Source: an uncultured Bacteroidales bacterium
GTDB lineage: Bacteria > Bacteroidota > Bacteroidia > Bacteroidales > JBBRXJ01
Reading direction: 5' to 3'
Length of the DNA: 58,871 nucleotides
Assembly (NCBI GenBank): GCA_964549265.1
Contig: CAZJWE010000003.1
Location: forward strand, 1 to 58,871
Every line of letters starts with the position of its first letter. Within the stretch, counting starts at the first letter, position 1. This document shows positions 54,847-58,871 of this stretch, one piece after another. Position numbers and translations under genes: made by a program. The notes under the pieces were generated by a model. The model was given only the letters and a program-made list of their open reading frames with translations. It was not told the origin of the DNA and did not search any database.

Positions 54847-55770
54847 TTAACAATTTTTCACTTGCTCAATTTCTTTGATTTCAAATTCCACGGCATTTTT
54901 CTTGGGCACAATGGTTTCCGAAAAATTCTCTGCATATTGTTCAGTGATTTCTGCTCCATAATAAAAAATAAGTGACGAATAAAAAACCCATAATAAAAAC
55001 ACCACAACAGATCCTGCGGTGCCATACATGGATTCAATGTATACATGACTGAGTCCGAATCCAATCAAATATTTACCCAATGTAAATAAAATGGCTGTTA
55101 TGATGGCCCCCATCCATGTTACACGCCATTTGATTCTCACATCCGGTAAAAACTTAAAAAACACTGCAAACGTAATGGTGAATGCTGTGAATGAAAATAG
55201 CAATTTGACAGTTTTCAAGACGATGTATGTAAAATCAGGAAGTACCACATTCAGATAGTCTTTTAGCACTGCCATAGCAATATCCATGAAGAGAGAGGCA
55301 AAAAATAACAACCCCAGGCTGAAAATCATCACAAATGAAAGAGCCCTGTCTCGTAAGTTTTTCAAAAAATTGTATTTGGGTTTTGGACGGACACGCCAGA
55401 TGTAATTAAGGCTGTTTTGTATAATGGCAAAAAACGTTGTAGAGGCAATGATGAACACAAAGACAGTAAAGACCATCCGCCCGGTGCTAGCACCTGCATC
55501 ACGGTAATTTTTAATAACATTTTCAATCAATGCGGCAGATTTATATCCTACAAGCTCTGTCAGGTCTTTATATATCTTTCCAGTGGCAAAATCCTCTCCA
55601 ATGATTAAACCTATGGCAGTAATGACCATAATTAATATTGGAGGAATCGCAAAAAGTGTTATGAATGATAATGTTGCAGCTAATTTAATAGGGTTATCTT
55701 CCCTGTATTTAATAATTGACTTTTTAAGCACAACACCTGTTTTTTGTATTAATTCTTTATTAAAAGCCAT
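54847..55770 (-). CDS. YihY/BrkB (ribonuclease BN-like) family membrane protein
   Basis: 307 aa with 6 TM helices. 'LAATLSFITLFAIPPILIM' and the C-terminal 'GSVVVFLLWVFYSSLIFYYGAEIT' are typical of the family. Confidence 0.8.
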   Translation of the reverse strand: MAFNKELIQKTGVVLKKSIIKYREDNPIKLAATLSFITLFAIPPILIMVITAIGLIIGEDFATGKIYKDLTELVGYKSAALIENVIKNYRDAGASTGRMVFTVFVFIIASTTFFAIIQNSLNYIWRVRPKPKYNFLKNLRDRALSFVMIFSLGLLFFASLFMDIAMAVLKDYLNVVLPDFTYIVLKTVKLLFSFTAFTITFAVFFKFLPDVRIKWRVTWMGAIITAILFTLGKYLIGFGLSHVYIESMYGTAGSVVVFLLWVFYSSLIFYYGAEITEQYAENFSETIVPKKNAVEFEIKEIEQVKNC

Positions 55771-55824
55771 AAATATTTGAACTTGATATAATAATGATCA
55801 TCTATAATTAATTAGCGTTTGTCT

Positions 55825-55955
55825 CTAAAGTCCAAGTCGGCTCCGCCGAGCTCCTCCTTCGTCGTCGGTTCTTCGTTGTTGCTCAAAATCTAAATTACTC
55901 AAATACTTCTTCTCAGGTTTAGATTCCTCACACGCCTCGAATTTGAACTTTATAG
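55825..55955 (-). repeat. Intergenic repeat family C, copy 2 (inverted relative to copy 1)
   Basis: The reverse complement reads 'ctataaagttcaaattcgaggcgtgtgaggaatctaaacc...agtaatttagattttgagcaacaacgaag...ggagctcggcggagccgacttggactttag'. It is collinear with copy 1. Confidence 0.75.
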
Positions 55956-56203
55956 ATCAAACACTTGCGTTTATAGACAGACTCTAAAATTAAAAAAACA
56001 AAGATAATATTTTGTTCATATTTTTATTTTATTTTTTTTGTCCAATGTTGAATCTTTCTCAAAAATTGCCCTATTTTTGTTTTGGTACGATTTTAGTTTA
56101 GTGTATTATTAATTTGTTGCAAATAAAAGAATAGTGAATTAAGAATTAAGAAGATAAATAGAAAAAAATCAAACATTTTAATAACCTTTAAATAATCAAT
56201 CAA

Positions 56204-57310
56204 GTGAATCACCTTAAAGTTAAACCGCCATATCGTTTCCCTTTTTTTATCATTACTACAATCTTTGTCATATTTGGACTCATCCAGGCAAAAAATTTTC
56301 TTTTCCCGATTGCATTGGGATCATTATTTGCATACTTGCTTTTTCCTGTAACTAATTTCTTAGAAAAACACCGTTTCCCCAGGATTGCGGCAATTTTAAT
56401 AAGCATCATACTGGCTATTGTCGTAATTTTTGGCGTTTCCCTGTTTATTTCAAGCCAAATTCAGACAATGGTCAAGGGGTTTCCTGATTTAAAAGAAAAA
56501 GCATTAACAAACCTCGAGATCATACAAGCCTCTATTGAAAACTTATTAATGGGAGCCAATATTCAAATAGACCAATATTTCAAACAGCCTGTCTCATTAT
56601 TTTTTGAGAGTGGAGGACGAGGCATTAACAAAGTATTTACTACTACAACAGGTACAATAGTAAAAATCGGACTAATGCCTGTATTTATTTTTCTTTTTTT
56701 GTATTACCGGACTAAGTTTGCATATTTTATCTTAAAACTTGTTCCTGATGACAAAGAATTTTTAACACTTAACATTTTAAGGGATATAGCAAAGGTTACT
56801 CCGCGTTACATGGGGGGAGTATTAATGGTAGTAAGTATTTTATGTTTTTTGAACTCGTTTGGACTCTTTATCATCGGGATAGAATACCCTGTTATTTTAG
56901 GTGTGATTTCTGCATTGTTTAATTTGATCCCATATTTTGGCACATTATTGGGCGGAATGGTTCCTTTGCTTTTCACATTACTTACTGGTGAACTCCCCCA
57001 GGATCCTATGGGTGTAATTATTCTGTTTACCATCATCCAATTTACAGAAAACAATATTTTAACCCCCAATATTGTAGGTGGAAACGTTAAAATCAGCCCG
57101 TTTTTTATCATCATCGGATTGGTTGCAAGCAGTATGATATGGGGAGTTCCCGGGATGATTGTCATTGTGCCGTTTCTTGCTATTTTACGGATCATCTTTT
57201 CCCATATCCCGTCAATGCATGCCTGGTCATTTCTTTTAGGTACCGGAGGCACACGAAAATATGCATTGACATTCCAGAGCATCAAAAACAAGATGCATAT
57301 AGACCATTAA
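56204..57310 (+). CDS. AI-2E family transporter (PerM/UPF0118)
   Basis: 368 aa with a GTG start and about 8 TM helices. The conserved C-terminal block is 'NLIPYFGTLLGGMVPLLF...FTENNILTPNIVGGNVKISPFFIIIGLVASSMIWGVPGMIVIVP'. Confidence 0.85.
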   Translation: MNHLKVKPPYRFPFFIITTIFVIFGLIQAKNFLFPIALGSLFAYLLFPVTNFLEKHRFPRIAAILISIILAIVVIFGVSLFISSQIQTMVKGFPDLKEKALTNLEIIQASIENLLMGANIQIDQYFKQPVSLFFESGGRGINKVFTTTTGTIVKIGLMPVFIFLFLYYRTKFAYFILKLVPDDKEFLTLNILRDIAKVTPRYMGGVLMVVSILCFLNSFGLFIIGIEYPVILGVISALFNLIPYFGTLLGGMVPLLFTLLTGELPQDPMGVIILFTIIQFTENNILTPNIVGGNVKISPFFIIIGLVASSMIWGVPGMIVIVPFLAILRIIFSHIPSMHAWSFLLGTGGTRKYALTFQSIKNKMHIDH

Positions 57311-57523
57311 TATACAAAGACTTTAAAAGCCGTTTGCGTGTCATTTAAAAAATTTGTATATTTGTATAAGCTTATCATGGATACTCAGCATATGATTCCA
57401 CTGAATGAGCAACAGTATATTTTTCAAATGCATTACAACCATTCCCTGAAGGATAACGTAATGTAAATAAACATGAATGGAGCTTGCAATAAAACCTTTA
57501 AACGAATTATAAAATACAAAGAA

Positions 57524-58339
57524 ATGATAACAAGATGTATATTTTTACTGGCTTTTGTGTTCACCATTACAGCGAATGCACAAAATTATTTTATTAATGA
57601 AGATTTCAGCGGAGGTATTCCCGGCACATGGACAATAGATCAGACAGGAGCAGTAGATCCCTGGGACACAACTTCCGGTTTTGAAGTTACTGGCTATGGA
57701 ACATTAACAATGGACGGTACTTTTGCTTTCGCACACGATAATACAAGTGCAACAAATGTAAACGAAGTGATGACCACAGTTGAATTTGATGCATCAGCTG
57801 AAAGTAATTTACATATTGAATACAATTACATCATGGCAAATCTTATGGCAGGTGCCACAGGGTATGTTGAGATTTATGATGGTTCAAGCTGGGTTGAATT
57901 AAAAAGTTATACTGCTATTGAAAACAATGTACATGACAGTATAGATATTTCATCTTATATTGCATCTAACAACAAGATACGTTTCCGGCTTGTCAATAAC
58001 ATAGGCAGTGCTAATGACTTTGGCTTTGCCATTGACAATTTAGAAGTCTATGCCAATACGAATTCCAAAATATGTACTCCAACACCAGAAAACAAGGTCC
58101 AAACAATCCAACCGAATCCTTTTCAGTCTGTTTTATACATAAACCTGAGTACCACCCAACAAGTAAATATAAAGTTATATGATGCACTGGGCAAATTGGT
58201 ACGCGAAGAAACACCACAACAAGAAGGCTCTTTGATTACGCTGAAACGAAACGGATTGCTTTCAGGCGTGTATATTTTAGAGGTTGTAGAACGAGGCACC
58301 GGAACAATGCTGGGACGAGCGAAGGTTATTGCCGATTAG
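57524..58339 (+). CDS. Secreted T9SS cargo protein with a MAM/jelly-roll-like domain
   Basis: The ORF is open from 57473. The ATG at 57524 gives a clean signal peptide ('MITRCIFLLAFVFTITANAQ'). The beta-sandwich domain ends in 'FGFAIDNLEVYA'. The T9SS C-terminal domain is 'IQPNPFQSVLYINL...GVYILEVVERG...AKVIAD'. Confidence 0.75.
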   Translation: MITRCIFLLAFVFTITANAQNYFINEDFSGGIPGTWTIDQTGAVDPWDTTSGFEVTGYGTLTMDGTFAFAHDNTSATNVNEVMTTVEFDASAESNLHIEYNYIMANLMAGATGYVEIYDGSSWVELKSYTAIENNVHDSIDISSYIASNNKIRFRLVNNIGSANDFGFAIDNLEVYANTNSKICTPTPENKVQTIQPNPFQSVLYINLSTTQQVNIKLYDALGKLVREETPQQEGSLITLKRNGLLSGVYILEVVERGTGTMLGRAKVIAD

Positions 58340-58646
58340 CGCCAGTGAGCATTGGCGTCTTAGCAGACTCCTGAACAAGTTTTGGGCAATAAAGGATGTA
58401 TCAAGTGCTATTTATTCACAATGCCAATGGCCGTCATATTCACTGTTTGAATCATAAAGGCACATAATCAATGTGTTGGTTTCTACAAATAAGAAAATGA
58501 ACAAACTACACTATTCCAATAGTTTTTTCCGACTGTCAATCATCTGTGTTTATATTTATCGTATAATTATAACTATTTGAATTTTTTTAGCATATAACTC
58601 TATTCCTTTCGGCAGTTTGTAACTGCTGTTTATATCTCAATTATTT

Positions 58647-58674
58647 CATTAACCATTAACCATTAACCATTAAT
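58647..58674 (+). repeat. Heptanucleotide microsatellite (CATTAAC)x3 + CATTAAT
   Basis: Read directly: 'cattaaccattaaccattaaccattaat'. It abuts family B copy 4. Confidence 0.9.
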
Positions 58675-58677
58675 CAT

Positions 58678-58871
58678 GGCTCTATTCTAAACCATGGTTG
58701 ACAAACTAAAATACATTATGTTTTGAAGAATCACCAGAGAAAATATAAAGTTCATAAAAACAAAGTTCAAAGAATAGGAACACAGATGACGCAGATTAAG
58801 CAGATGATCACAGAAGCCCAAATAAATCTCAAATTTAAAATTCAAAACTGTTGGTGCTGCATGATTAACCC
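58678..58871 (+). repeat. Intergenic repeat family B, copy 4 (longest; runs to the window edge)
   Basis: The sequence is 'ggctctattctaaaccatggttgacaaac...gaatcaccagagaaaat...aaagttcaaag...aactgttggtgctgcatgattaac'. Both ends match copy 3 in inverted orientation. Confidence 0.8.

Noticed and set aside
57378-57467. A 29-codon ORF ('MDTQHMIPLNEQQYIFQMHYNHSLKDNVM') between a TAtaTTTG box (57357-57364) and the T9SS cargo gene.
   Set aside because: It is too short to call from sequence alone, with no recognisable features. It may simply be 5' leader sequence.

Overview
This is a low-GC window that looks like a chromosomal segment of a Bacteroidota genome. Support for that placement: three secreted proteins end in T9SS-type C-terminal sorting domains, several genes are preceded by TAnnTTTG -7 boxes, an LptF/G permease is present, and Shine-Dalgarno sequences are absent. 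I ran no homology searches; every call rests on motifs and architectures read from the supplied translations.

I call about 44 protein-coding genes and no rRNA, tRNA or CRISPR. Housekeeping genes are lysC, fabD, dnaB, ispE, tgt, ftsE, rpe, leuS, lysA and gap.

The left 17 kb is unusually dense in membrane-integrity modules:
- an NfeD plus two flotillin paralogue operon;
- a small AdoMetDC-like gene apparently translationally coupled to an RCK potassium channel;
- a tight six-gene operon (11026-15940, minus strand) encoding a YbjN-like protein, PspA/IM30, DUF4178, a Tyr/Ser/Arg/Gly-tailed anchored protein, a 4x DUF350 protein and a membrane-embedded spermidine-synthase-like enzyme;
- an MscS channel next to that operon.

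The six-gene operon resembles the uncharacterised E. coli yjfIJKLMC locus, but a membrane aminopropyltransferase replaces the ATP-grasp enzyme. It is my best candidate for an undescribed system, possibly a PspA-linked polyamine response at the membrane.

Other notable items:
- an O-antigen-ligase-like/TPR protein coupled to a seven-repeat T9SS cargo, plus a Fic N-terminal remnant; together these split the AdoMetDC-like gene from the aminopropyltransferase gene;
- a 1276-aa GH5/T9SS protein with a 1251-bp internal tandem duplication that contains near-identical patches;
- an ECF sigma factor followed by an anti-sigma-like protein fused to an outer-membrane beta-barrel;
- a family of mosaic, partly inverted repeat modules in at least ten intergenic regions.
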